Made by a program: the position numbers and the translations under genes
The notes under the pieces: generated by a model
The model's database searches: none
What the model was told of the DNA's origin: nothing
What the model saw: the letters and a program-made list of their open reading frames with translations, nothing else
In this document: piece by piece, positions 16,185 to 25,152 of the stretch
How the letters are laid out: every line of letters begins with the position of its first letter
Numbering within the stretch: position 1 is the stretch's first letter
IMG/VR virus record: IMGVR_UViG_3300028392_001993
Coordinates: 32,001-96,000 of that record
Length of the DNA stretch: 64,000 nucleotides
Reading direction: 5' to 3' (one strand)
Source: a virus

Positions 16185-16421
16185 TCAAGCAGTGTGCTGA
16201 GCATTTGCGTACTCAATCCATTCTGAATTGATCTTGCCAGCATCGCCATTGTGAGATGCAGGGTCTGCATCGGGGTTGGCATTTTTCCATTCATTGTAAA
16301 CTTTAGTGGCTTCGTGCCAGTTTTGTTCACGAGCGGCATCATCTTTTATCCACGCATCAAAATCAAGTTTACCGTCATCAAATGTCCAAACACGTTTGTT
16401 AAAATCTGTCCAAGTTGCCAT
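16185..16421 (-). CDS. 78-aa Trp/Asp/Asn-rich small protein
   Basis: AGGAG RBS on minus strand; directly downstream of a radical SAM gene. Confidence 0.7.
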   Translation of the reverse strand: MATWTDFNKRVWTFDDGKLDFDAWIKDDAAREQNWHEATKVYNEWKNANPDADPASHNGDAGKINSEWIEYANAQHTA

Positions 16422-16442
16422 AATATTTCTCCTGTGCAGTAT

Positions 16443-17645
16443 TTATCCGTTACGGGCAATCCAATCAGCCCAGAGCGCATGCCACTCTGGGAATACTTCA
16501 GCAAAACTTTCACTGCGGAGTTGGTCAAGTTTAGCATTATGATACCAAAACGATATTTGTTTTTCGTGGGTGTAATCCGGAGGAGTCCCCATCAAAAACT
16601 TAACAACTTCTCTAAATCGATCAATGGTTTTGAATTTTTCAGCCACTTTGAGTTTGAGTTCGTAAGGCATATATTGAATATTGTTGTGGGGTTCGTCTAA
16701 TACATAATTTTCAAAACTTATGGGCCATTTGCGTTTGAGCCCTTCGGCGTGTAGTTCATCCATGTCAAACACATTTAAAATAGTGGGACTGCAACGAATG
16801 TGTGTTTTTATGTTTGGATACGGGGCTACGTCTATTAGATACTTGTCAGTTACTGCTAGAACTTCGTCCCATTTGCTACCGTAACGTAAATAATCGTTTT
16901 TTGCCCCTACCCCATCAATACTGATAGCAAAATTAACCAGTTTGAATTCTTTGAAGTAGTCTACCAACTTAGGATCATAGATTGTGCCATTGGTATGTGT
17001 TCCGAGTATTTGATTCTTGGCGCCACCTGTACTGACTGCAGACTCTAGGATTTTGTAACTTAACGGAATCATCAATGGTTCGCCACCGTACAAGTCCCAA
17101 AATACCAGTTCTTTTTGCCACTCATCAAATGTGGCTTCAAGAGGTTTGTTATTTTTGTAGATAGTGGTATGAGGTTCCCATTTTTTTAACCAAATCTTAA
17201 ACGGTTTATCGTAGCCATCGTCCTTGTCAAATTCGTAGGCATCTTTGAACCACGATGTACTGGTAATTTCGTTGCAACTACGGCAGGCGTTGTTGCATTG
17301 TATGCCCGGTTTAATTATGATGACCCGGGGCTGATCTGGATGCGATTCAACATCAGCAAAGTCTAGATTTACTTGTTGCCGCATACTAACAACACCAATT
17401 TCCTCTTTCTGCCAACAACTATCACATTCTTTAATGCGTTCACCGTTTTCTAAATGTTGAACAAATTCTTGTCTATGCGGAGACTTCCACACCCGTTTAA
17501 GATCATCGTTAACATCAAACATATGATGATGTTCTGCTGTGGTATCTTTGTACCACCAGGTGCAAATCGGACAGGGACTGACCATGCCACTCATATCCAA
17601 CATAAGAGATAGTTCAGCAAGTTTACATTTGGTATCGTATTTCAT
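16443..17645 (-). CDS. Radical SAM protein with N-terminal Cys-rich (SPASM/twitch-like) domain
   Basis: CNNACRSC, GGEP, SIDG motifs; start moved to MKYDTKC after TAAATA. Confidence 0.85.
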   Translation of the reverse strand: MKYDTKCKLAELSLMLDMSGMVSPCPICTWWYKDTTAEHHHMFDVNDDLKRVWKSPHRQEFVQHLENGERIKECDSCWQKEEIGVVSMRQQVNLDFADVESHPDQPRVIIIKPGIQCNNACRSCNEITSTSWFKDAYEFDKDDGYDKPFKIWLKKWEPHTTIYKNNKPLEATFDEWQKELVFWDLYGGEPLMIPLSYKILESAVSTGGAKNQILGTHTNGTIYDPKLVDYFKEFKLVNFAISIDGVGAKNDYLRYGSKWDEVLAVTDKYLIDVAPYPNIKTHIRCSPTILNVFDMDELHAEGLKRKWPISFENYVLDEPHNNIQYMPYELKLKVAEKFKTIDRFREVVKFLMGTPPDYTHEKQISFWYHNAKLDQLRSESFAEVFPEWHALWADWIARNG

Positions 17646-17748
17646 AACTATATTTAACGACACAACCTTTTGGTAATTTAATTAAAGTCATCCCCCCAAG
17701 GATGAGAAGTGCTATGACAAAAATCATCTGGTAAATATATCACGCAAC

Positions 17749-19704
17749 ATGACAGATTCTAAAAAACAAATTTTCGAAATTAAAACAGTTTCTGACAACG
17801 AGCCTGTGGTAATTGAAAATTCAATGGGCGAAAATTCGCCACATTTGGCCATACTAGAAACCATTGGTACTCTGAGTCGCGGTAGGCCTCAAAAAAATCT
17901 AGATCGAATAATTATCAATCCAGTTACAAAACAAACACGAGTAGCAATGGTATTGCTTCCTTATTGGTCCATACACCACGCACCGTATAATATTGCACGT
18001 CTGGTAGGTTTGGCAAAGGCTGCAGGATTTAGCAGTTGTGCATTTGACGTCAATGTGGAAACTTACAATTTAACAGACAAAAAAGAATTATGGCATTCAT
18101 ACCTGTCTTGGAAATGGGAACAGCCGGAATATTACTATGCAGATATACATCCGTTCATTGAATCTACTCTGTTAGATCAAATTGACAAGATTGTAGAATT
18201 CAAGCCAGATGTCATTGGATTTAGTATATACTATTGTAATAATGAGACTGTGGCCTGGGCGGTGCCAAAGATCAGAGAAAAGTTACCTAATGTAAAAATA
18301 ATAGTGGGCGGATCTCAAGTGATCCAAGGAAAACTTAAATATGCAGAATTATTTGATCACGTGGTCAAAGGTGAAGGAGAACAAGTGTTCCTTGACATCC
18401 TAGAGAAAATTGAAAACAAAACACCTATCTCTGAACGCTTTCTAAGTTATCCTAAAGATCAACGCATTGATCTAGATTCCATGCCGTGGCCAGACTACGC
18501 AGACTTTGACTTGAGTTTGTATCAGTATGGTGCTGCCGTAGGGTCAGAAATCAGTCGAGGGTGTATAGCAAAATGCGAGTACTGTATTGAAACACAATTT
18601 TGGCGTTATCGCGGCAGAGTTGCTACCACAGTAGTTGATGAAATTGAATATCAGTACAAAACATTTGGCGTTAGAGCCATACACTTTGTTGACAGTTTGG
18701 TCAATGGTAATTTAAAAGAGTTAAGAGCATTTGCACTCGGAGTAGTAGCAAAGGGCATGACTGACCTTGCATGGGCCGGTTATGCTCGATCCGACGGTCG
18801 AATGGATCTTGCATATCTGCAGGATTTAAAAAATGGTGGGTGTCACTTTTTAAATTTTGGAGTAGAGTCGGGTAGCAACAAGACACTTGCATTGATGAAG
18901 AAAAATGTCACCCGAGAAGAGATGGAACAAAATTTTAAGGATCTCAAAACAGTAGGCATTAACGCTTACAGTAATTGGATTGTTGGATTTCCCGGAGAGG
19001 AAATCGCCGACGTTGCAGACTCGTTGATTTTTTTATGGCGCACCAGAGATACTGCCATACGTCATTATAGTTTAAACTTATGTTACAACGAGCCGGGCAC
19101 TCCATTGGGAACCAATCCTGACAAGTTTAATATCAGTAGCACTGAGTGGGCCGGCAAATGGATCACTAAAGATTATCGCAATACCAATATACACCGACTG
19201 ATTAGATATAAATCTTTGTTAATATTCACCGCTCACATGCGTCGACATTTGGTTCGACCACACGAAGGTTGGGGGCTTGGGGGTATGGAACGTTACAATT
19301 TTGAAAATCACTACACGTTTTTGTACGATCCGAAGAATGCAAGAAATGTTATAGACTACGACGATTTTGATTACAACATTATAAAAATCAATGTCAATCC
19401 CGTGGCCGATAGTATGGTTAACGAAATATGGCCTTTGCTGAGAACTTTGTATCTTGCCTGGGGTGCATACGAGTTTAGTGTACGTTTTGATCAAGACGAG
19501 GATTTTAAAGAATTTGGAAATCAATTTGTTTTTTCGCCAACTTTTGAAGAAAAATTTAAATTCGATGGCAACGTTTGGTTTAAGATTGATGCCGCTGGCA
19601 ATTGGCAGGCCAAATTAGATTATGTATTTGATTCTGCTATTCCCAACTTGAACTTTGATCTACATTTTGATGAGACGGGAAATTGGGAAAGAATTTCCCG
19701 ATAG
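17749..19704 (+). CDS. Cobalamin-binding radical SAM protein (class B methyltransferase-like)
   Basis: B12-binding region (DVIGFSIY, IIVGGSQ...V.KGEGE), SRGCIAKCEYC, FGVESGS, WIVGFPGE. Confidence 0.88.
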   Translation: MTDSKKQIFEIKTVSDNEPVVIENSMGENSPHLAILETIGTLSRGRPQKNLDRIIINPVTKQTRVAMVLLPYWSIHHAPYNIARLVGLAKAAGFSSCAFDVNVETYNLTDKKELWHSYLSWKWEQPEYYYADIHPFIESTLLDQIDKIVEFKPDVIGFSIYYCNNETVAWAVPKIREKLPNVKIIVGGSQVIQGKLKYAELFDHVVKGEGEQVFLDILEKIENKTPISERFLSYPKDQRIDLDSMPWPDYADFDLSLYQYGAAVGSEISRGCIAKCEYCIETQFWRYRGRVATTVVDEIEYQYKTFGVRAIHFVDSLVNGNLKELRAFALGVVAKGMTDLAWAGYARSDGRMDLAYLQDLKNGGCHFLNFGVESGSNKTLALMKKNVTREEMEQNFKDLKTVGINAYSNWIVGFPGEEIADVADSLIFLWRTRDTAIRHYSLNLCYNEPGTPLGTNPDKFNISSTEWAGKWITKDYRNTNIHRLIRYKSLLIFTAHMRRHLVRPHEGWGLGGMERYNFENHYTFLYDPKNARNVIDYDDFDYNIIKINVNPVADSMVNEIWPLLRTLYLAWGAYEFSVRFDQDEDFKEFGNQFVFSPTFEEKFKFDGNVWFKIDAAGNWQAKLDYVFDSAIPNLNFDLHFDETGNWERISR

Positions 19705-19727
19705 TTTTTACATATAAGTAAGAATAC

Positions 19728-19802
19728 CGCGGGGTGGAGAAGAGGTAACTCACTAGGCTCATAATCTAGAGATCGGCGGTTCGATTCCGTCTCCCGCAAC
19801 CA
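19728..19802 (+). tRNA. trnfM-CAU: Initiator-type tRNA-fMet (CAU), atypical anticodon stem
   Basis: CGCGGGG 5' end with C1:A72 mismatch; CTAGG-CTCATAA-TCTAG; CCA. Confidence 0.8.
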
Positions 19803-19814
19803 ATTCCCAAACTA

Positions 19815-21011
19815 ATGAAATTTTTTGAAGATACATCTGCCTCATCTGATGATGTAAAGCATCATGGTTTTTACATTGTCAATGGCAAAAATTATCTGTA
19901 TCGGTACAATGCACTGGTGGCGGCCACACAGGCCAAGTGCGAACTAGAGTGGCGCTTCAATGACGAAGTGTACAATAGCATAGATTGGTCTATACCACTA
20001 AACAAACCCATACTTGAAATTTATCGTGAGCGGGCACAACAACTGCGTGACAAATACGACTATCTAATTCTTTCTTATAGTGGCGGGTCTGACAGCGACA
20101 ACATTCTTCGTGCGTTTGTGGACAACAATATACATCTTGACGAAGTGTGGATTGACTGGCCACACGGCATAATGGACAAAACTGGATTTAAACCATCTTT
20201 TGATTTGAGTCATGAGAATCTTGCCAGCGAATGGCACTACACCATTGAACCTAAACTTCGAGAGTTGGCTAAAAATCATCCCGGGGTAAAAATACACATA
20301 TCCGATACCACAAGTCAGGGTATTGTAGATGACCTTGAGGACACTTCTGTTATTGTGGGATTTAGAACATCTTACCAAAACATAAGACGCATGAGGTATA
20401 TTTGCAATTATCAACAAAATATGTACGACAACGGTATTGATGTTGCACTTGTATCCGGTATAGAGAAACCATCAGTGACACTAACCCCCGATAACATGAT
20501 TGCGGCGGTGTTTCATGAGTTACCGACTGTTTTTAAAAACGATGTCACTCCGGATCGCCACACTGTGATAGAATATTTTTATTGGACACCTGAGTATCCG
20601 CATATTGTAGTAAACCAAGCGCACGAACTCATAAGATATTTTCAACAGCACGTGGAAGAATTTAAAAATTTAGAAGAGCACTTGAGAACTAATAAATATG
20701 CAATACACCGCTCGATGAGTCTAGATCGAGCTGTGAACATATCCTGTTATCCTACTTGGGATAACTGTTTTCAAACAGATAAATTCTTCTACACATTTGC
20801 CAGTAATCAGTTCAACAAATTGTTGATCCCGTTTATTCGCACAGAACAATTTGCTAAAACATACTATCATCGTTACTTCAATGATGCCAACATCATTGAT
20901 CCCAAACTGATTTTTCATCCGGTTTACAAGAATCGATCAAAAGTTTGTTACAAATATTATCCCGTTATGAGTTTACAAAAATTTTATCAAGGAGTCGTTA
21001 GAAATGTTTAA
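19815..21011 (+). CDS. PP-loop protein, paralogue 3
   Basis: YLILSYSGGSDS; EYFYWTPEYP...NQAH. Confidence 0.7.
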   Translation: MKFFEDTSASSDDVKHHGFYIVNGKNYLYRYNALVAATQAKCELEWRFNDEVYNSIDWSIPLNKPILEIYRERAQQLRDKYDYLILSYSGGSDSDNILRAFVDNNIHLDEVWIDWPHGIMDKTGFKPSFDLSHENLASEWHYTIEPKLRELAKNHPGVKIHISDTTSQGIVDDLEDTSVIVGFRTSYQNIRRMRYICNYQQNMYDNGIDVALVSGIEKPSVTLTPDNMIAAVFHELPTVFKNDVTPDRHTVIEYFYWTPEYPHIVVNQAHELIRYFQQHVEEFKNLEEHLRTNKYAIHRSMSLDRAVNISCYPTWDNCFQTDKFFYTFASNQFNKLLIPFIRTEQFAKTYYHRYFNDANIIDPKLIFHPVYKNRSKVCYKYYPVMSLQKFYQGVVRNV

Positions 21012-21960
21012 AAATATCATCAGTATTGTTTGTTTGCTATTTGCCATGGCCGCTAATGCAACAGAGATGCCAGCAGAGCTAAAAGGCAAGACTATTCGAT
21101 ATGTTGTGCCCACGGCACCAGGTTCACTGAGTGATGTGCGTTCACGTGAAGTGCTTGACGTTGTATCAAAGCAAACTGGACTGACATTTGTGATCACTTA
21201 CAAACCAGGCAATAAAAACGGGGTTGGCATGCAAACCATTGCAGAGTCAGCACCCGATGGCCTGACCATGGGTTGGACCAGTTCGCCCACACGCATCATC
21301 TACGATCTCAAGAACGCAACTGGCTTCCCCAAGCGTGATGAGCTTGTGCCGTTTGTGAATCTTTGGAAATTCTCCAATGTGGTATCTGCAGATGTCAATG
21401 CACCGTTTAATACCATGCGAGAGGCTTTGACGTATATTCGAGCAAATCCAAACCGACTAAACTATGCTCAAGTTGATGCAGTATCAGCTATTACACTAGA
21501 AAGATTGTTCAACAACGACAATAAAGACACAGTGGTTGGTATTCCAATGACCACCTTTCCCGAAGCAATTGCATTGATGAAAAACAAACAGATGACTTTT
21601 ATTGCCACTAGCATTGGATACGCACAAGACAATGCCTCACACATCAAGATGTTGGCCACCACTGGCGCCACAAGACATTCAACATTGCCTAACATTCCCA
21701 CTGTGGGAGAGTTTGTGCCAGGATTTGAAATGCCATCATATGGTTCAGCATTTTTGCCACGTGGTGTACCACAACACATCTTGAACTACTACAATGAAGT
21801 GTTTGTGACTGCACTGCGTAATCCTGAGTTACAGTCCAAAATGCGAACCTGGGAATACGAACCTTGTGTAGATAATCTAGCACAGACACAGGCAGTATAT
21901 GATCGAGAATATGTGCGCTTTGACCGTATGATCAAACAAACCAAGATTGAAATCAAATGA
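21004..21960 (+). CDS. TctC/Bug family solute-binding protein
   Basis: Signal peptide; IRYVVPTAPGSLSD, KPG, APDGLT, LPNIPTVGE motifs. Confidence 0.85.
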   Translation: MFKNIISIVCLLFAMAANATEMPAELKGKTIRYVVPTAPGSLSDVRSREVLDVVSKQTGLTFVITYKPGNKNGVGMQTIAESAPDGLTMGWTSSPTRIIYDLKNATGFPKRDELVPFVNLWKFSNVVSADVNAPFNTMREALTYIRANPNRLNYAQVDAVSAITLERLFNNDNKDTVVGIPMTTFPEAIALMKNKQMTFIATSIGYAQDNASHIKMLATTGATRHSTLPNIPTVGEFVPGFEMPSYGSAFLPRGVPQHILNYYNEVFVTALRNPELQSKMRTWEYEPCVDNLAQTQAVYDREYVRFDRMIKQTKIEIK

Positions 21961-22499
21961 AAGTTGCAATCACCGGACACTCTCGAGGACTTGGCCGTGT
22001 GTTGTGGGATAGATTTGCGGCACAGGATGATGTAGAGCTAGTGGGCTTTTCAAGAAGCAACGGCTACGACATTGTCAAGGCACAAGATAAAATTGTTGCA
22101 GAATCACTTGACTGTGATTTGTTTATCAACAATGCCTACAATGGCTTTGCCCAGGTGGATCTCTTGGTCAAGATGGTGGATGCTTGGAAACACCAGCCCA
22201 ACCGACACATTATTAATGTCAGCAGTTTGTCATCGTATCACGACAAACGCAGAATGTGGCCTTATAGCATACACAAGATTGCACTAGACCGACAAGCAGA
22301 ACAGATTCAATCAAACTTTTTGTGGCCCAAGGTCATTAACTTTCGTCCTGCACTATTTGAAAGCGATATGGGCTACTCTAGTGAGTTCAATCGCTGGCGT
22401 CAGAAAATTCCCGTAGATACCATGGCCGATGTGGTGATGTACACTGTTGACAATCGGCACCGGTTTACCATCAAGGATATAGTTGTCGATCACGCCTGA
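21957..22499 (+). CDS. Short-chain dehydrogenase/reductase
   Basis: ITGHSRGLG, FINNA, YSIHK (YxxxK). Confidence 0.85.
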   Translation: MKVAITGHSRGLGRVLWDRFAAQDDVELVGFSRSNGYDIVKAQDKIVAESLDCDLFINNAYNGFAQVDLLVKMVDAWKHQPNRHIINVSSLSSYHDKRRMWPYSIHKIALDRQAEQIQSNFLWPKVINFRPALFESDMGYSSEFNRWRQKIPVDTMADVVMYTVDNRHRFTIKDIVVDHA

Positions 22500-23067
22500 C
22501 ATCCATGGCCTTTAGTCGAGCAATGGTTGGCGAGTCGTCCCAGAATCCAATCTGAATAGCAGTTCTACCACCGTCAGGCATGGGTTCAATTGAGTGTAAT
22601 ACCTGTGCATTGATCAAGTACCATTCACCTACAGGCATACGATGTCTGCAAATTTCTGTCAAGTTATCATAAGTCTTTGGATACTCTTTCACAAGGGGTC
22701 TAATGTAAGGCTTGCCTTCTTCCAGCCAGTGGATTGTGTCCACTGCTGGTCCACCTGTTTGCAACAACCAAATCAGTGTCCAGTTACGACTTGTGTCATG
22801 ATGTGGACAGGCCCAGCCAGCGCCATGAATACTTACCCCGATATCGGTGTAGTCTGTGCCCACATGTTCGTGTACCCAATCTTTGATACCTTGACTGACA
22901 TCGAACCTGTCATAGGGTGTGTTGATAAATTTAATGCCTTTGCGTGTGCAGATGCGATCTATTTGTTTGGCCAATTGTTTGCTGGTATCATAAGCGTCTG
23001 GTGCTTCATAAAGCTCGCGTGGCAGTGGGGGGAGATCTGGAAAGATCATGAGTTCTTCTGGAGTCAT
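22471..23067 (-). CDS. Cupin / 2OG-Fe(II) oxygenase-like protein
   Basis: PHHD and VLHSIE motifs. Confidence 0.55.
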   Translation of the reverse strand: MTPEELMIFPDLPPLPRELYEAPDAYDTSKQLAKQIDRICTRKGIKFINTPYDRFDVSQGIKDWVHEHVGTDYTDIGVSIHGAGWACPHHDTSRNWTLIWLLQTGGPAVDTIHWLEEGKPYIRPLVKEYPKTYDNLTEICRHRMPVGEWYLINAQVLHSIEPMPDGGRTAIQIGFWDDSPTIARLKAMDVRRDRQLYP

Positions 23068-23090
23068 TTATGTGCTTTCAAGTTGGGAGA

Positions 23091-23098
23091 TATAAATA
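23091..23098 (+). promoter_or_regulatory. T4-type late promoter
   Basis: TATAAATA. Confidence 0.6.
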
Positions 23099-23127
23099 TT
23101 TATACAACACCTCTTTCCTATTAAAAT

Positions 23128-23955
23128 ATGAATCCTTACGAAAATATAGCCTACGCTCGACTCAACCTTGACTTTGATCATCGACTGTTTGCTCTGGAGT
23201 TTGATAAATTAATCTCTCCACACAGCACCGCAATCAACAATGGCAAGCAAAGTTGGGAACGAACACGTCGACTCAATCAGACATGGGGCATGGTAGATCC
23301 TGAAACATACGATAAGTGTACTGTAGAGATAGCCTATAAACAGATTGAGATGAGAGGAATACCACAGTGGCAAATGACTCAATTAATGTATATGGAGCCC
23401 GAAGAGTCTGATTCTGAAATGCTCAGAAGAGAAGCAGACTTTGGTGGCACTTATGCTCGAAACCTCGCTCTGCATCGTGAATGGAAAATTAAACCACAGT
23501 TTGAAAAACTAAAACTTATAAAGTTTATCAAGGCATTACCTTTCAAGCGAATGAACAGTATACATTGTGTGAGTCTTGATCCAGGAAGTTTTGCCAGTAT
23601 ACATCGAGATAGTCGTTGGTTTGAAGGTAGTGATGTACCCAACGTGGCCGGTAAGAATGGTGTTATTCGACAAGGGTTTGTTATTATTACATTAAACATC
23701 AGTGACGGCGGTGTCCCATTGTACTGGGCGTTTGACAACAAATATGTGAACGATGCATATCATGCAAACGACCCAGTTTACATAACCAGCGATTACTTCT
23801 TACACGGTGTGCCTGTTTGTGCCAGTCGTCGTAGACAAATAAGAATTACTGGTATTCCCACAGATGATCTTGCCAACCTAATAGACCAAGACAGTAAAAT
23901 AATGGTGCCGCCGGACATGGAGTATGCTGTTGGTGATCAATGGTATCCTGGATAA
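23128..23955 (+). CDS. Cupin / 2OG-Fe(II) oxygenase-like protein
   Basis: SIHRD (HxD) and FLHGV...RRQIRI motifs. Confidence 0.55.
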   Translation: MNPYENIAYARLNLDFDHRLFALEFDKLISPHSTAINNGKQSWERTRRLNQTWGMVDPETYDKCTVEIAYKQIEMRGIPQWQMTQLMYMEPEESDSEMLRREADFGGTYARNLALHREWKIKPQFEKLKLIKFIKALPFKRMNSIHCVSLDPGSFASIHRDSRWFEGSDVPNVAGKNGVIRQGFVIITLNISDGGVPLYWAFDNKYVNDAYHANDPVYITSDYFLHGVPVCASRRRQIRITGIPTDDLANLIDQDSKIMVPPDMEYAVGDQWYPG

Positions 23956-23992
23956 CGTTGTAAAAATACAACATCAAGTTTGCCAAAAACAA

Positions 23993-24202
23993 TTGACACA
24001 CAAAGGTAAATAAACTATAATTGATACTATGAAAACGACACTTTGTTTATTGCAACCCAAGAATATGTTCAGTCAGACATCTGCCTGGTCACACGCCTAT
24101 GGTCGCTTGACAAGCATTCTAGGAGACACAGGGTCTTAAATAGTACGCAATCGTATCTTATTCAAAGACCCTGGAACTAAAAACTCCGGGGTTTTTCTTT
24201 TT
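23993..24202 (+). promoter_or_regulatory. Attenuator-like unit B: promoter, leaderless 36-aa leader ORF (24029-24139), antiterminator and terminator (24165-24202)
   Basis: TTGACA-N17-TATAAT; leader MKTTLCLLQPKNMFSQTSAWSHAYGRLTSILGDTGS; CAGGGTCTT (24129-24137) is a perfect complement of AAGACCCTG (24165-24173); U-tract. Confidence 0.75.
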
Positions 24203-24215
24203 AAGGAGAACTTAG

Positions 24216-24263
24216 ATGACCGAAGAAGAATATTGGAAGTGGATTCAAGAGAACGTGCAATAA
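24216..24263 (+). CDS. 15-aa micro-ORF (MTEEEYWKWIQENVQ)
   Basis: AAGGAG RBS immediately after terminator B. Confidence 0.45.
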   Translation: MTEEEYWKWIQENVQ

Positions 24264-24269
24264 ACGTTC

Positions 24270-24455
24270 AAAGTGCAACAGGAAACGCGGTCCTGTGCCT
24301 CACTCAAAACCGGCACAAACGGGCGGCCTCGGGGATGGCTTGTGTTCTTGTACATAAAAAAATCCGAGCGTATTAAAGCATTCTCTATCTGCAAGGAGAC
24401 AAGTGGGTTCATCCATGAAGAGTGCTTTAGTACACGCATTCCAAAGAGTGCGTAA
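24270..24455 (+). ncRNA. Structured non-coding tract including stem-closed element E6 (24370-24433)
   Basis: GTATTAAAGCATTCT/AGAGTGCTTTAGTAC helix; further hairpins ACAGGA/TCCTGT and ACGCATT/AGTGCGT. Confidence 0.5.
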
Positions 24456-24462
24456 ATACTTT

Positions 24463-25053
24463 ATGGAAATTATTGTTCACAAGCATTTTACTATCAGATC
24501 CGATGCTGATGTACTCAAACAATACAACACTCCAATCTGGGAAGTTGAGATCCGATCTGACATAATAGACTCGTCTGAGTTTGAGTCTGCATTGCGGTGC
24601 GATGATAATTTTCAAATGAATCCAGGACATAACTCTTTCTTGCGTGGTGCTTGTAACAGAACTGGAGCAGTTGCTGATTTGTTAAACGAGTCCCAGCAAG
24701 GGTTTTTGCTAGACCTTGTGTCCGAAACACCAGAATTTAAATCTAGATATCCTCGTAAAGATCAATATCAAACAAAAACACATTGGTTTGCTGATATAAT
24801 TAGGGATCAAGCAGGATTTGCTATGGGGCCGCATATTGACAATAGTCATATCATGGTGCAGATGGTGGTTAATTTGTTGCAAGACAATACAACCGCAACA
24901 GAATTTTATCAGTTTAACAATTCAGTGCCGTATTATCGTGCGCCACTCAAACGCAATCAAGGTATAGTGTTTGTGAACACCCCCGGCGCTGTACACAGAA
25001 TCGCCAACATTGATCAAACACGTTGGATCTTGTATGGTGGTCTAACAATATAA
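24463..25053 (+). CDS. 2OG-Fe(II) oxygenase-like protein
   Basis: GPHIDN (HxD), AVHRI...TRWI; TAAATA 4 nt before ATG. Confidence 0.65.
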   Translation: MEIIVHKHFTIRSDADVLKQYNTPIWEVEIRSDIIDSSEFESALRCDDNFQMNPGHNSFLRGACNRTGAVADLLNESQQGFLLDLVSETPEFKSRYPRKDQYQTKTHWFADIIRDQAGFAMGPHIDNSHIMVQMVVNLLQDNTTATEFYQFNNSVPYYRAPLKRNQGIVFVNTPGAVHRIANIDQTRWILYGGLTI

Positions 25054-25055
25054 TT

Positions 25056-25132
25056 GGCTCCGTAGTTCAGTCCGGCAGAACGTTGGTCTCCAAAACCAAA
25101 TGTCAGAGGTTCAAATCCTTTCGGGGTCGCCA
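25056..25132 (+). tRNA. trnW-CCA: tRNA-Trp (CCA)
   Basis: TTGGT-CTCCAAA-ACCAA, CCA end. Confidence 0.9.
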
Positions 25133-25152
25133 ATGTTTATAAGTATGCTATC

